Assembly: GCA_977020255.1 (NCBI GenBank)
Contig: CDROCS010000473.1
Span: 682,001-746,000, forward strand
Length of the DNA: 64,000 nt
Reading direction: 5' to 3'
From: Obrimoposthia wandeli
Lineage: Eukaryota
A program made the translations under genes and the position numbers. Each line of letters begins with the position of its first letter. Position 1 is the first letter of the stretch. Below the pieces are notes generated by a model that was given only the letters and a program-made list of their open reading frames with translations, searched no databases and was not told where the DNA came from. Below, piece by piece: positions 41,500-56,204 of this stretch.

Positions 41500-43450
41500 A
41501 CTTTACAAAACCAGATATTTTATATAGTTTCTTTTGAATATTCAAGAAAAATCTCATATTTTATTCAATTATGACATTGAGTTTGACCACGTGTATCTAT
41601 TACGCGTCGTTCATCTTCAAATTTTACTCTTCTATTGTCATTGTTGTACGGGGCACGATCATCAAATCTCGTATTGGAATTATTTATCTGATATGGTCGA
41701 TCTTGGTTAATCCTTCTCATTCTCTTATTATTTTGACCTTCATAATTTAATTTATATTTGTCTGGTCTAAAATTTCTTATTCTTGAGTCATCTATGGGTA
41801 TTTGTCTCTTGAAGTTACGGTTTCGAGAATCATCTCTGTTATATTGATTAAAATTACCGTTACAAGAATCGTCACTGTTAAATAAGTTAAAATTACGGTT
41901 GCAGGAATTATATCGATTAAATCTATTCTTAAACGGATTCTAGAATCGTCTGTTGAATCTTAGGTCTTGGTAACTTTGAGAGTTATCCCTGTTAAAATTA
42001 TTTCTAAATCTATCTCTAGAGTCCTCTATGGTAATTTTGTTCGTATGTACGCAGCTCGTTAATTTTATAATTTTGGGAATTATCTTTATAATTTACTGTA
42101 ACCAATTTTTCATTACTTTTATCTTTAATTTCAGTCTTCCTATTCATTTTAACTGCGTAACTAGCCTGTGTCACATTGCGTTTAATTTGTTTCTCAACTT
42201 GTCTTTCCATCTTAATTAAAACATCAAACCGATAGGCATCAGACACAACAATTTAAATTTTATTCGACACAACTGGAGTATTGAGCGAGAAAATCGCAAA
42301 GAACTTCCTCGTTTCCCTTATATTTTCTAATAGGTAGGGCATATGAGTGTTGGGTCGCATAGCTTGACCAACTGAGTACAAGTTTTTTTTATTGTTTTCA
42401 TCCTCTACATTTTTAATGTGTTACGTTATGTTCTGGGGTAGTTCTGTGAGACTAAGGTTATTTAGTTAGTGAGAAGCGGATAAGACTGAATCTGAGTCTG
42501 TATCAGTATCTTCAATGGGTGATAGACTATTTTAACGATTACAGATCCTTATTAGTTTATTCGGAATTTTGAAAAATTTAATTTTTTTTCAACCAATTAT
42601 TTTTGTCAATCTGTCTGCTGTTTCTCTCAATATAGCTGGGTTTCTTATTGTTTCTTATAGTTTTATTTTGATATCAAAATTCAAAAGTTTTAATCAATTT
42701 ATTGTTTATTTAAAAATCAAAATAACAAAACTTAAAATCGGATTCGGTATTTTTACAAATGATCCATAAATAAAATCAGAATTTACTATTTTTAAAAAAG
42801 TAAAACAAGTTATGTGTACACTGTTCTTACAAGTTGTCCTTACAAATATCAAATATTGCGGTCAAAAATATGATTTACAAAAATTCACAAAAAAATATAT
42901 AACAAGTAAATATTGCAGTACTTAATTACAATAAATAAAAAATTAAATTAAATTAATTTAATTCTAGATCAATATTCAATTTTTTAGTATCAAAATTTTC
43001 TCTTATTCACTTATATAAAATTCGAAACATTATGTATATGAGAACTAATTAATCCTCGCCAGAGAATGTCAGAATAAATGAGCAAAATTATTATTTCTAC
43101 AAAATATTTGTTTATGAATTTCTTAATACTTTCTGTTTTATTAAAAATCCTTATCAAAATTGTAGTCCTCACTCGGGGTATCAATTTATGTTGAGACCAG
43201 AGTTGTAACACTCCTATGTAAGCCTCTCGCGTGTGACTCCTTTAGAGTGATAGGATTTGTTTAGATGGCCTATCCTTTTTGTCTCAAAAAGTATCTAATG
43301 ATTAATTTATGTGTTTTTATGCCTCAATTTATTTGTAATTGTTCACTTAGCAGAGGTTTTGTATGTGTTTGGCTAAAATTGTAGGGTTATTCTCTAGACC
43401 TATAACTGTATACGTTTACTTCAAAAGATTTAAATTCAACAATACTTTAT
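41500..43450 (-). mobile_element. Degenerate gag-like region and possible 5' LTR/PBS of a second retroelement
   Basis: Asn/Arg/Asp-rich interrupted reading ending in a CHN-like knuckle remnant; on the minus strand TGTTACA followed by actcTGGTCTC near 43200. Confidence 0.3.
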
Positions 43451-44370
43451 GATGATGACAACTATAACCAAAAATGATAATCAAAATATAAACAAAACAC
43501 GTAGATATAAAATACATTTTAACATAGCGTTAAATAGGCTACGTGAAATATGTCCAAATAATCCAGATATGTCTGATTCAGTGAATTTTGAGTCCTTCGG
43601 GACTGATTTTATTTCGATAAAAAGAGGTTTAGGCTGATTACATTTTACACAGATTTTAGAGTAAAATAAAAGATACCACTGTGGGTCGTATTCATAAATT
43701 TTCAAGTAGTTTTAATTTTTAACAAACAGGTTATTTTATACGTAAGAATCATCTATCTTAGTAATGAAATAAATTACTCGCCGTTGGTTCCGATAAATTG
43801 GAATCCTCTCGTAATGTCGATGCGAAAATGTCTGCTGGATATCCTATATTAGCGTCGGTGCGAGAACGGATTGTAAGCAGTTTCTTGAGCTTCTGACCTG
43901 GCTTCTCACTTTGTCCTTTTCCGTGGATAAGTTCAGTTATTTTCTCGTGGATAATTGAGTTTTTCTTTCGCCAGCAATCTTCTTTTAAATGATTGTTCGG
44001 CCAATAGCTGCTATTATTTCTTTCATACAAATCTATTCGTCGTTTTCTTTTTTCTTTTCACTTTACTTCTTCTGACAAATCCATTTTCCCTGCATTGTGG
44101 TGTCTCAGGTGACTCTTATTCGTATTGAGTCAGCAGTCACCTGAGATTAATTAAGCCTTCATTTTATTTGTTTGGAGTTAATGAACTTTTCTATTTTGTT
44201 ACCTTTTTATTTAATTTTAATTTTCAGGGTCAGAAAATGTCCTTGGCCAGGGCCATAAATAAAGTCATTTAATATAATATTTTTTTAATTTAAACTTTTC
44301 CGTTTCTAAACCTCAACAAAACATTATTTAGATTTCATTTTTATTATTTATTTTATTCCCAACAGATACA

Positions 44371-44800
44371 AGTAGGTGGATGTGTGACTTCTTGAACAAA
44401 GCCCCCGGGGGTATGAGGACAAGTTAAGGTCATAATGAGGTCATGTGAGATCAAAGTTATTTGATATCAAAAAGTAAGTCACATTTCTCCCGAGTACACA
44501 TGATATTTCAAGGTCATGTGATGTAGGTCACATAAGGTCAAGGTCATCGATGACTCATATCCTTTATTCTACTATAGTATACTCATAACGTGAGCTCATG
44601 TGCTCACCATGAGCTCAAGGTCATCTTAAGGTTATCATAAGGGCAAGGTCATAGAGCTCATCTGTTCTATTAAAGTGCACTCATCTCATGAGCTCTTGTG
44701 CTCACCATGCGTACAAGGTTATCATGAGATCAAGGTTATCATGAGGTCAAGATCATTAGCTCATGTGCTCACTCTTTGTCTTTGACCTCACGTCAGCCAA
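44371..44800 (+). repeat. Solo Polinton left terminus with AGGTCA-rich subterminal array
   Basis: Starts agtaggtggatgtgt, identical to 18542; many (a)aggtca and gagctcat repeats; no adjacent Polinton genes. Confidence 0.55.
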
Positions 44801-45619
44801 TCATAGGACAATATTCTCTTAATTGAACATCAAATTTGGCTGTGATAATTCGGATAATCAGTAGTATATCAAATTCTATGCTCTATCAACAGTCAAAATA
44901 TGACGTCCATAAAAGGTTAACACACATTGCTCGAAACACGCATGAAATTTATTCCAATAATGTTCGAAAAACACAATAGAAGGACAACCATCAATATATA
45001 TTTGTCCCACTGCCTGTGTCTTTCAAACATATATTAGAAATTAATTAGAATAACGAAAACTAACCTGAACACTGCAACAGCAATATAAATAAATCCATCA
45101 TCAGACTAATCGAGGAAATTCAATTGACCGAACACACACTCCGATAGGAGAGAGCAAAAATTTATTTGTTATTTTTAGAAAGTTTAGATATATTTGTTTC
45201 TGAAACGAAGATTTAAGGAAGTTTTTACTTGTTATTATTATTTGAAGAAGTATATGATATAAATAAATGGTTTACTACCACGGAACATAAGGATAAGAAC
45301 GAGGACCCAGTAACCTCTAAATATGATGATTGGAGTTGGGTCCTGGCAACCCCTAAAATGGTTAACGTGAGTAGGTAAAGCTTTGCAGACCATTTTAGGT
45401 CTAGTAGAAGCTCGGCCCGTGAGAAACGGGTGTAGGGCAGAGCACATGTATGGTGCATTGGTTTCTATGCCTTCGATGGCACTGTGTGAGCGGCAAGAGC
45501 TTGGGCTGCTTACCGGTTGCGGATGGAGTGCAGAGCGTTCATTGGAGAACAAGGACGACGGATGGGGCTGTCTCGACCCGGAAATAAATGAACGGGATTT
45601 GTGGATTTAGCGAAGAGAT

Positions 45620-48600
45620 TGGATAATGATCAGATGGCAAGATAAGTTAGCAGCGATTGAGAGTAATTATTATGAGTTAGAAGAAATGTGGAGAAATGTA
45701 ATCAAAAATATAGTTCCGAGATCAGTAAGTGTGTACTGTAGTATTTCAGATCTTAGAAAAATGCATCAACCAATTAGTAAGGGAATTGCAGAAGATGTTA
45801 GGCCAGCTGGAGATTTGAGGAGGTTAAAAAAGTAAACGATTCCGATTTTGGTAGTAAAACTAAAGAATATGAAGATGGCGTTCCATATTTGATGCATGTA
45901 TTGGGAAGATGAGTGGAGATAAAGTGGAAAATCTGTTACACTTGCGTCAATACTTAAGAATTGGTGCACAGAAAGAAGCTATTTGAGTTCAGTTGAAGTT
46001 GTTGAAAAGTTAAGAGTTATTAAATATGGACTTTGTAAAGATAAGGAGCGTCTAGTAGAATCGTTAGAAATAACAAAAACACGTTTAAAAGAATAATGCA
46101 GGAAACACGAATTAGGGAATGAATCATCTTACAAAATATGCTACAAAAGCTCTCAGAATCCGGAATTGTTAATTGGGAAAGGTGGAACGCAAATATAGGT
46201 GGAATTCAAACAGTAGAGATGCTCATGATATGGGCCGAAGAAAGGCGATGGAGATGACAATAGGTACAGAAAAGACATTATTTCGAATGGATTAGAAAAC
46301 ATATTTTGGTAATAAAGAAGGCAGAAATATGGAACAGAAAAATGAGCGGTTGAAAACATGGTTCAAGTTTGGAAAAAATCATTATTTAGACCAATGGACG
46401 GCAATTCAAAAAATGAAGTGATTTGGTAACTGCTATGAAAAGGTCATTTAAGAAATAATTGTAGACGCTCCAAGATTTGTAGACAGACGACTTGCAGATA
46501 TAAACATCATTGGTTATTGCACCCAGTCAAAGAGACCATGAAGGTCAATCAAAAGATTAGTTATGATGATGCAACCTTTGTGACTCAAATAGAAAGAATT
46601 GACAAGGAGTGATGGCGTTGCAAATGGTACTGATTATTTTAGAAATTAAAAGAAGAGCTCTTCAGATGAATGCTCTATTAGATGACGCAAGCACCACAAG
46701 TAATGTAAGTCTTGACATTGTACACAAATTGCAGTTGAATGGGATATCTACTTGGGTTCCAGTCAGAGTGATCAAAGGGCTAGCAGAGAATGCAGGCGAT
46801 GCCTGTGGATATTACGATGTTGAGCATATATATAAAGTTGTCAGTAAGGTAAGTGACTGGGATCTTCAGGTGATTAATTAGAAGATAGAGGGACCAAAGT
46901 GGCCTCGTTTAAATTCAATTAGATTTGCGTTGCTTAGAGGAAAGAACACAGTAGATGTACTCATTGTTCCAGACCATATTCAATTACACAAGGTGATAAG
47001 GGAAATAAAAGGATACAAGGGGTGAACCAATATAAAGGTGAACGCTTCTTGGTTGGAGCTGAATTGGGAAAGTAGAAGGTATCGCCTTGGTCAGACATCA
47101 AACTTATTTTATAAATACATTTTATGCCGACACTCAATTGAAAGAGCAAGTGAGAAAGTTTTGGGAAATATAAGAACTAATTTCCCATTTGAGCAGCAGT
47201 CGATTAATGGAAAGAAAGTCATGTATAAGACGCTAGAGACAACTAAGTTAGAAAATGGAAGATATATGGTAGGAATACTATGGAAGCAGGATTGGAAAAA
47301 TATCTTAACTAATAAAGAAATAGCTGGAACTCGTTAATATAGAATTGAAAGTAAACTTAATAGAGATTTACGATTGAAAGGAATACATCTCAACAATATA
47401 AGTTTATATAAAAAGGTTATGTACGATAGACCGATGAGGAAGATTGAAAGATACAAAGTAGCTGATTCCCCATTTTCCACTAATAGAAAAGATAAAAAAC
47501 AACGAAGTTTGCATATTATTGGATGCAGCCTCAAAGTGCATAAGAGTTTGTTTACTTGACAAGATAGAAGCTGAACCAAAACTTTAGAAGAATTATTTGA
47601 TATACTGTTGTGTTTGTGTAAATTTAAAATTGCACTTGTGTGTGACATATCAGAAATGTATTTACAGGTGTCCTTGAAAGGGCGTGACGATATTAAGATG
47701 TCTGTACTTATGAGTATTGTTGTTTAGGTTTTGGAATTAACGCATCACCATTCTTGGTTCAGTTATCACGTCAAAATGTAGAAATTATTCAGGAAGTTTT
47801 TCAGAGGGCTGCATAGAAAGTGCTAAAGTCTACCTACGTGGATGATAGTCTGGACTCCATCTATACAGAAAAAGAAGCATTGCACCTCAGGGAACAATTA
47901 AAATAATTGTGGAAAAGCAGGAATGGTGTCGTGAAAGTGGGCAACGAATAGCAAATCCGTGTTGAGACAAATACCTGAAGAGGACTAAGCACAAAATATA
48001 AATATTGAAGGTCACAAGAACTTGGCTGCAAAAACGTTGGGTATTATTTGGCAGTATCAGGAAGACGTATTTAAATTTAATATCGAGTTACCAAGGGTTG
48101 AAAATATTAAATTTTTTTTTATTAGATTTGTTATCTTGTGCTTTAGTTTTTTTAATACAGTTAATATCTGAGCAAGGATGACAATGCAAGATCTTTGGGA
48201 ATCAGGAGTAGGATGGGAGGAATGAGTTTTAGACAGTATTGACAAGAAAGTGCAAAACTGGATCGCAGATTGTGCAAAGTTAGAGTCAGGTCATATACCA
48301 CGATGCTTAATTAGAAATATGAACCCAGACATAGAAATACATGTTTTATGCCAATGCATATAGGTCGGTAGCTTATTTAAGAGATAAATATTATCAGTCG
48401 TTTCGATTTTGTTGCTGCCAAGTCGAATGTTTCACCACTAAAAGTATATCGAGTTTAAAGCTATTGATGACTAGTGTAAGATTAAAATAAACAAAGATAA
48501 TTAGAGATGTTTAATTTTTAGTCCAATAATATGGAAATTTTCTGGTGGATACGACAAGGAAAATTGTTCAAACCGTTTGTTGCCAATAGAGTGAGAACAA

Positions 48601-49490
48601 TTCAGAGTTAAACATCTATTTGTAATTGGAGATATGTCCCAACGAAGGAGAACTCGGCTTATATTCTGTCTCGATGTTTTAGCAAAATTCAAAATATAGT
48701 GGAAAGGTCTGACGTTCTTAATACAGTGCGCGGATCAGTAACCAAAGGATCCAGATCTTAGATCAAGAGATAAGAAGAAAGATATATATAAAATCTTTTT
48801 TTATGATTCCAGTAAGACACAAACTTAGAGGGTATGTGGCAATCAGAAGTTGTTTCAAGCCAGAGATATATTCATGTCTTATGCGCCTAAGACACATAAA
48901 AGCTTTGATTTCAAGATTTATACGCAACTGTAGACTCAACCGAGAGTAGCGAACAGTGGTAGAGGTATCTGTGGATGAGCTACATGAGGTCGAGAGCGAG
49001 CTGATAAGAAACAGTCAGAAAAAGTTTCTTAACGATGAAATAAGATTGATAAACAGAGGTAATTGGCTAATTCCAAAAACAAGTAATTTACAGAAGTTGA
49101 ATCCTATTTTAGAAGATGAAGCGTTTTGAGAAGTAATACAAGAATTATCTATGCTGAATTTTTAAGTTATGATGTACGTTTCCTGATTATTGTGTGTGAG
49201 AAGAGCAGTTTAGCAAGGTAATTATAAAAGAAATCAACAAAAAGTTGAATCAATACAATGGTATGCAATATGTTCTAAACGAGGTGCAATGTAAATTTTG
49301 GATTCCTAAGATGAGACAAATAATAATAAATGTAGAAAATAAGTGCAAAGCGTGTAAAATAAGTAAAGCAGTAGGAATGACACAAATAATGGCCTCATAG
49401 CTACAGTTTCAATTTAGTGAAACTCTCAAACTTTTTGCAATAATTGAGATTGATTTTGCAGGACCAATAATGTGCAAAACGAAAGAAATG
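45620..49490 (+). mobile_element. BEL/Pao LTR retrotransposon, heavily decayed
   Basis: NALLDDASTTS protease, KIALVCDISEMYLQV and TYVDDSLDS RT, KTLGIIW, WESGVGW, and IDFAGP integrase in BEL order. Confidence 0.85.
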
Positions 49491-50112
49491 TCTATAAACT
49501 GTCCAAATAAAATCAGTTTTTAATTCTAAATGGAATATAAAATTAATATAAAATAAACATTTTTTTTAAACAAAAATAAAGTTTGAGATAGTAGAAATAC
49601 TTTTATTTTAATGCAAATAAAATTAATATAATTTCAAATTTTACTTTTAAACTTAAAAAATAGGAACACATCTAAAATTAAAAAAAGTGATGATCTTTGC
49701 TGAAATAACTGAACGCAAGTAAAAAAATTGTGCTTAAAAAGAAAAAATCACTCTTGTTATTTCAAAACCGTGTAAAAAGAAAATTGGGTGTAATTGTATT
49801 TATGTACTATTTTATCTCTTCATATTATAGAATTATTGACCAGAAAATACAATAAATAATATACTAAAAGACAAACGTTAATTAGTTGGTTGCAGTATAT
49901 ATATTTCAACTATATATTCAACTTTCTTAAATTAAAATATATTTAAAGAGCAAACAAATTACCATTATAATAAAAATTATATTATTTTTAATGTTATTTC
50001 ACATGAAAATAAAAAAATTATATCAAGGTTCAAGAATGAATAAATTTTCTGAAACAAGTTTCTAATTTTAGACCAACAAAGTTTGGTCAAACTAACATTT
50101 TTTGATCTAAGT

Positions 50113-51478
50113 ATGTTAGAAGAATCTAATGCTTATGATATCGAATTAAGACTTAGAAATTTTCTCAACACTAATCGTATTAGACTATGTGATCCTCCAT
50201 ATACAGTTGACAACAATGCAGGCGAGGAAATCGATGTAATTTTTTCTTTCTTTTATATTATTTAAAGCGAAAATTTTAGGTGCTTGCATCTTCAGCTAGC
50301 GATTTACTTGGACTATCTTTCGAAACAATCAGAAATGGACTCGTTATATTGAGAGAGAAATCTATTAACAGTCTGACAATCATAGAAAAGTTTAAAAGTA
50401 ACAGAATAGTTACTTTAAAAGTGCATGTGCCGAAATCGAAAGAGACAGTCAGTGTTTTATTGATAATAACATTATTTTTGCATTGATAAAGTTTACTTTA
50501 GAGTTGAGTGATTTTGAAAGCGAGACGGGAATGTCACTTTCCCGCAAAATATCTGACATGATCGGACTAGCTCTTGACAGTATCCGAGTGATTTTCCGCG
50601 GTAAAGTTGTAACAGACTCCAGCTGTACAGAACAAGGAATAAAAGTGAGGTTTGTCTATAAATGCCTACTTTGAAACGCTTCCTATTTAAGTTTCTTGCT
50701 AGACCTTATAAAAGAATAAAATTGAATCTTTGCAAAATTTTTGCTCATATTTATTATATTAAAATATATTTATTTACTTATTTGTTTGTTTAAGGTAAAA
50801 TTGTAACAAAAGCAACTGCATTTATTAAAAATTGAAATGATTAATTACTTTTAATTATTTAATAACTATTTTTAGATAAGTATTTTGACCTTGGTTTTTT
50901 TAGGAGGTTTTATATATCTTTTCAACTTTAATAAATATCAAACTAACTTCATTAAGTAGTTTTATTGCAATTGAACATGGTTTTTCAAATCTATGAAGCC
51001 TCTAGCAACGTAGAATTTAAACAGCTTTGTTGTGTAAATATTTAATATTTTATTTATATCTGATAATGTTTGTGGGGAGCTAACATTATTTCTGAAAACT
51101 ATTTAGAATAATATTTAGAGATTTGTGATTTACACTTCGAGAACTCCCTTTGTAGGTGGAAATAATTTTTGGAAGGTTAAGATTTGCTTAAGATTTATTT
51201 TTAGACAGCTTCTTTTAAGGTCAGTTAGTGTAATAATATTCTACTTCCGTCAACTATTATATAAATTAGTCAACTTAGCAAGTTTTTACCCTCCTTGAAA
51301 CATAACCTGATTTGTAATCTTTGCTATACATACGATAATATAGACTGGAAATTAATGCAGAACAACAGCAAAGTTATGGTGTTGGAAATCGGACGTCCGG
51401 AAGGCCAGGAAAGTCAGAAAGTTTCACAGCTCAACAAAAGTCGCAACATGGCCGAATATTTATCGAAACGCGTCATAG
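50113..51478 (+). CDS. NUB1: Host NUB1-like gene, 5' exons (50113-50235, 50280-50447, 50492-50644, 51361-51478); 3' part not found
   Basis: LRNFLNTNRIRLCDPPYT resembles NUB1 LTQFLREDRIQLWKPPYT; UBL-like segment TGMSLSRKISDMIGL...IRVIFRGK...EQGIK/NNSKVMVLE; phase-compatible GT-AG introns, two of them 44 nt. Confidence 0.8.
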
Positions 51479-51879
51479 GTGAGTTTTACCGGTTAATTTG
51501 AATGTTTTTGGCAACGAACTCCTCATTTTTAAAAATAGTTTTTTCACTTTAGAATTATTTTAAGTTGTTGCCCGAGATTTATAGACAGTCTCGATATGGA
51601 ATTTAGTAAATTTTATTTTACTACAAAATAAAGTTTAGTCAAGATAAATTTGATTAATATCTTTAGAGTGGCATAGACAGAAATTAAAATTGTGTGACTA
51701 ATAAAAGCTTATAATCCAATAAATCCATTCCTAGCGATACATTTTTAGCGAGAATAAGTTGATATAGTACACACCCATACAAAGGCTAGAAGAAGATATA
51801 GCATCGAAACATTGATATAACTCAATATATTCATAAATCAATTAAAACAAGGCCAACAATGAAAGGTTTCTCCTGCGTT

Positions 51880-52140
51880 TAAAAATTACGCACTCCAATG
51901 CCCTTCCAGGTGCATCATGGTGCTCGGAAAGGTTATTTATTTTTAATATATTGCTGCAAAACCTTTAGACACAGTTTCCAATTGATAACTTGCCGTATAT
52001 GAATCGCCTTTCGGATTATCCATTATAAATAATGGCTGCAACTAGATAAACACTTGAAGAAAGATATTTGTCTCGTTTTAAAATACCGGAATCTTGCCAA
52101 ATGTTCATATTAAAGAGTTGAAACGAGGTTAAAAATACAC
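51880..52140 (-). mobile_element. Possible Merlin/IS1595-like transposase fragment
   Basis: Interrupted reading ...YQLETV...HLEGHWSA resembles the family C-terminal region. Confidence 0.25.
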
Positions 52141-52329
52141 ACACTGGTAGTTTATAGTTTATTATTGAATAACTCGTAACCAATAAAAATCCATTGAAAG
52201 TGTAATGATTGTTTTTTTCAGAGCCGGTATATTTATTCTTTATTCACAGTAATTTTAACAGTAAATCATCAATGAAGAGAAGAAGTGTAAAATATAATGA
52301 TTCTTTATTCTTTGTTGTGTTTACTTTTT

Positions 52330-53110
52330 GAAAGAAGTTTGTCATGACACTGTTTCTTGACCAAATTAGTTATTTTTAACCATTTTTAACTCTTATTTAT
52401 AGTTGTTCATGATTGTCAGCTTCCCAGTTGGATTCGTATGCGTGCTGGTTCAGAATTCCAACAAAAAGTCCTCATTTGATTTTATTTGAGGTGCATTTAG
52501 GCCTAACTAACTTAGTTTCAGGGTTAACTTAGCATTTTGACGGGGTGCTAAGTTTGGCGATACAAGTAATCTCAATCTGGATATTTATCACAAAGAAATG
52601 GAATCAATCGCTTCTCAATACAAATTTTTGAGTAATTTTCCTTGGTAACTGCTTCACCAGATTTAAATAAAATTGAGATTGGATGTTCCACGCGACGTTG
52701 CAAATGACTGCTTAAGATTGAGTTATCTATAAAGCAGATAAAAGTTGTTGTCTCTGTAAGAATACTAAGATACACTTGAGATACACTTGAGATACACTTG
52801 AGATAACCCCGAAACCATTTTGTATTATCAGGCCAATAAGATATATGTATTTAGATATATCTATTTAAGTTAATGTCACATTTTGCCTATTGCATTTAGT
52901 TGATTAATAATTCATAAAAAGTGAACTGAAATTATTATGTCATTTGGTATTAAAACCGTATAAAATATAGATTGATATTAGTCCCTCCAGTTTTGTGTTT
53001 TAGGTTGAGATTTTTGTTTACAATTTTAATAAAATAGCTGAAGTTTCCGGGTATAGCCCGTGGGCTTTATTTTTAAAAAATGGGAAAAATTTATGCGGAC
53101 TATACCCTAT
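52330..53110 (-). mobile_element. Tc1/mariner (IS630-like) transposon remnant
   Basis: PISILFKSGEAVTKENYSKICIEKRLIPFL and P.NAPQIKSNEDFLLGILNQHAYESNWEA; TIR-like tagggtatagtccgcataaattt on the minus strand near 53110. Confidence 0.6.
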
Positions 53111-53648
53111 AATTTTCTCAAATATCCAAAATTTAAAAGTAATTAATAAAGAAATCAAGTTCTACAATTTCGGACTTTTCACTAAAATTATCCAACAATT
53201 TAAAAAATGACTCCGGCAATACCTAAACATACATTCATCAGAAATTTCATCACCAATAAATCATCAACCATCCCCTTTAATAACACACGCGCTTTAAATC
53301 CGTTGATAAAACACTTCCTAGGCATTAAGTTAATAGAAATTATAATCCACTGACATTATTCCATATAAAGCTTTTCATATTATCGGTTTTGGTATATTAA
53401 TAATACCCACTTATCATCCACCTCGTCTTCCTATTCTGTATCAAGACTATGTGGATTGTATTATGTTTAATAATTGAAATGCATCAAATATATTTTTTCA
53501 ATCTTTATATACTCTTTTTGATATGTTTTGACGTAAAAACTTTATTATTTTTTTTGAAAAAAATAAGTTTTTTTTGATTTTCTAATTTAAAATTTTTTGG
53601 TTTTTACTTAGAAATTGCTTTTTATTATCTTAAATTTTTCTCCTTTAA

Positions 53649-55670
53649 CCCTTTCACTGTCCTGTGTATCACACGTGATATACATAAGTGTATGATACAT
53701 AGTTAAAATTATTTTAAATGTTAATAAATACTACACGACTGACAGAAAAAGTTCGTTTATGGTTCTAAACGTATCAGGGGTGCTTAAAGATATAACACAA
53801 TAGAATAGCATGCATCATATATGATTCTCAAGATTCCTGAAGATAATAACATTTTCTATTTTATTAAATGAAAATTTGAAAGTAAATAAAGGGTATTTTA
53901 ATCTAAATACTTTATTACAAACATTACAAATCTTTTTATATAATACAAATTAAACATTTTTTTCTTAAACAATTTAGAACACCACAAAACAAAAATATAT
54001 ATTTTTACAGGGAAAATGCTGACCTAATATTTTTTTGTTTATATTTTAAGCATGTATATTATTAAAACATGTTTAACAAAATGCTTTATTACATTGAATG
54101 TACTCGGTAGAAACTTGCTTAGTCTTCTTCTGTGCAATTTCACGACAATCTCTTGATGTTAACTATTCATAGAAAGAAAGGCATCGTTTACGCGCTATTT
54201 TTCCATTTCTTTTCTGGCATTTGATGTCAATTGATGTGATTTTTTTCTTGGCGATTGAAGTAGATATTAGTGCTTGAAACACAGATTTTGAAAAGTCAAC
54301 CAATGTTGCATTTTTTCTGTATTAAAATGTTTGTTATAAGTTATATAACTATTTAATACAGATATGCTAATAAGTTGGAATACAATTTTTTATATCATTT
54401 TACACTCTTCCGTACAGGACTATAGTATTCAATCATTTGGTCAGACAAATCTATTCCTCTTTTCACTCTGTTGTAATCACAATTACACTAGGCTTCTTGG
54501 TAGCTTCACCATTTCTCGATAATTTACCAGTTTCATTATAATCTGTTCCGTGAAAAGTAGGCATAAGGACTTCTTTTTTATCATTGTATTTCATGACTCT
54601 TAATCCATTGTTAATAGCTCCTGTTATTTCTATCTTCTTTACTTTTGATTTGGTTATTATTTTTTAGTAGATTTGTTCTATTTTTCCTCAAAGTACCACA
54701 ATAGTCCGTTCCATGGGCCTGTAAATAGTTGGCAAGAGTAACGCTGCTATACCAGTTGTCAGCAACGAAAAATCGTCCAGAATTAATTAGCTTCTCCCCA
54801 AGATCAATAACAGCAGATCCTGAATGATCCAATCCAGGCCTTCTTTCGCTTGATCCCTTTCCACAATAAATTGAAGCATTCCATACATAGCCAGACATAT
54901 CACATAATTTAAACATTTTAATTCCATAATGATGACATTTTCCTAAGATAAGACCGCCACTGTGACCAATCATTGTTTCATCAATAGAGACCTCTTTCCC
55001 TGGAATATATAATTCCTGAATTTTGTTGAAGAATAGTTCCATAAGCTTTGAAATTTTATTTAATTTGTCTGAATCAGCATCAGCCTTATTACTGAAATGC
55101 CAGTTTTTCAATATTAATGAGAAACGATTATAAAAAAATATTTATGAGATAGAATATTGGATGAAACAGTAATTGACTAGTGTTCCAGTAATCTTAAAGT
55201 CTCGGAAATTTAATGATTCCTGTCAATATAATAATAGCAATAAATTTTTTCATTTCATTTGTCGTAACATGGTGCATTCGTGATTGTGAAGTATTGGCAA
55301 TATATTGTTGATATTATTGTTTGTTTCAAGTACCATTAATTGTAAAATATCTTCATCAACTATTTGCTCATAAATCATTATGGGTGCTATATTTTGAGCC
55401 TCATTATCTAGTCATTTTTGAAGTCCAAAATTTTCCATTATGCAATTCAATCTAATTGGCCAGTTTTATTTTATAAAATTTATGTAATATATTGTAATAG
55501 AAAGAAAATAAAAATTTAGATATCTAATGCCATTTCTCTACATAAATAATAATGATATTATATATTTTTAATGTGAATCATATATGATACACAAGACATC
55601 TCACTATTAAATCACCAGAGACGTATTTGACTAAATAGCAAAATTACCGTGAAAATTGAACGGGTTTAAA
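53649..55670 (-). mobile_element. piggyBac transposon remnant
   Basis: TTAA then CCCTTT end at 53645-53654; SIDETM, YGIKMFKLCD, DNWYSS, GTLRKNR, YNRVKRGIDLSDQ and a C-terminal Cys-rich domain; degenerate opposite TIR near 55575-55610. Confidence 0.88.
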
Positions 55671-55829
55671 ACTTGAAACATTTTAATCTACTTTTTAAAT
55701 TTAATTCATAAAATCTGTAGTATTATAAAAACTCATTATATATAATATGAAATTATCTAAAATTACAATTAAAACTCTAAAATTTGTTACATTCATCACA
55801 GATTAAAAATGCATTATAAATCATAAAAG

Positions 55830-56159
55830 GGAATTGTAACCATATACCCTTGACTCGTTTATACTTACCCACTTTCGCTTATCATCTCCATTACTCAACG
55901 CAATATTCTTACTAACTATCATAAAAATTTGATAATTAATACTACTAAAGTTTTGTTGACCAACCTTTGATATTTCACCAGTACGCTAAGTATGAATATA
56001 AGCCGACTGATGTATTTTAGTATCCTTTCTTTTCCCCTTCGCTTTATGTTTCTATGTGCCAAATCCCATTACAAACAATGTAGAGTATCTTCATCAGTAA
56101 TCCATTTAAAATTTGGATGTGGTGAAGGTTGTCAAAGGGCCCATCCATATAGATTATTA

Positions 56160-56204
<45 letters not shown>

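Noticed and set aside
45225-45610. Overlapping ORFs with a kinase-like HPFLTG word
   Set aside because: No other kinase motifs and no consistent exon structure; left unassigned.
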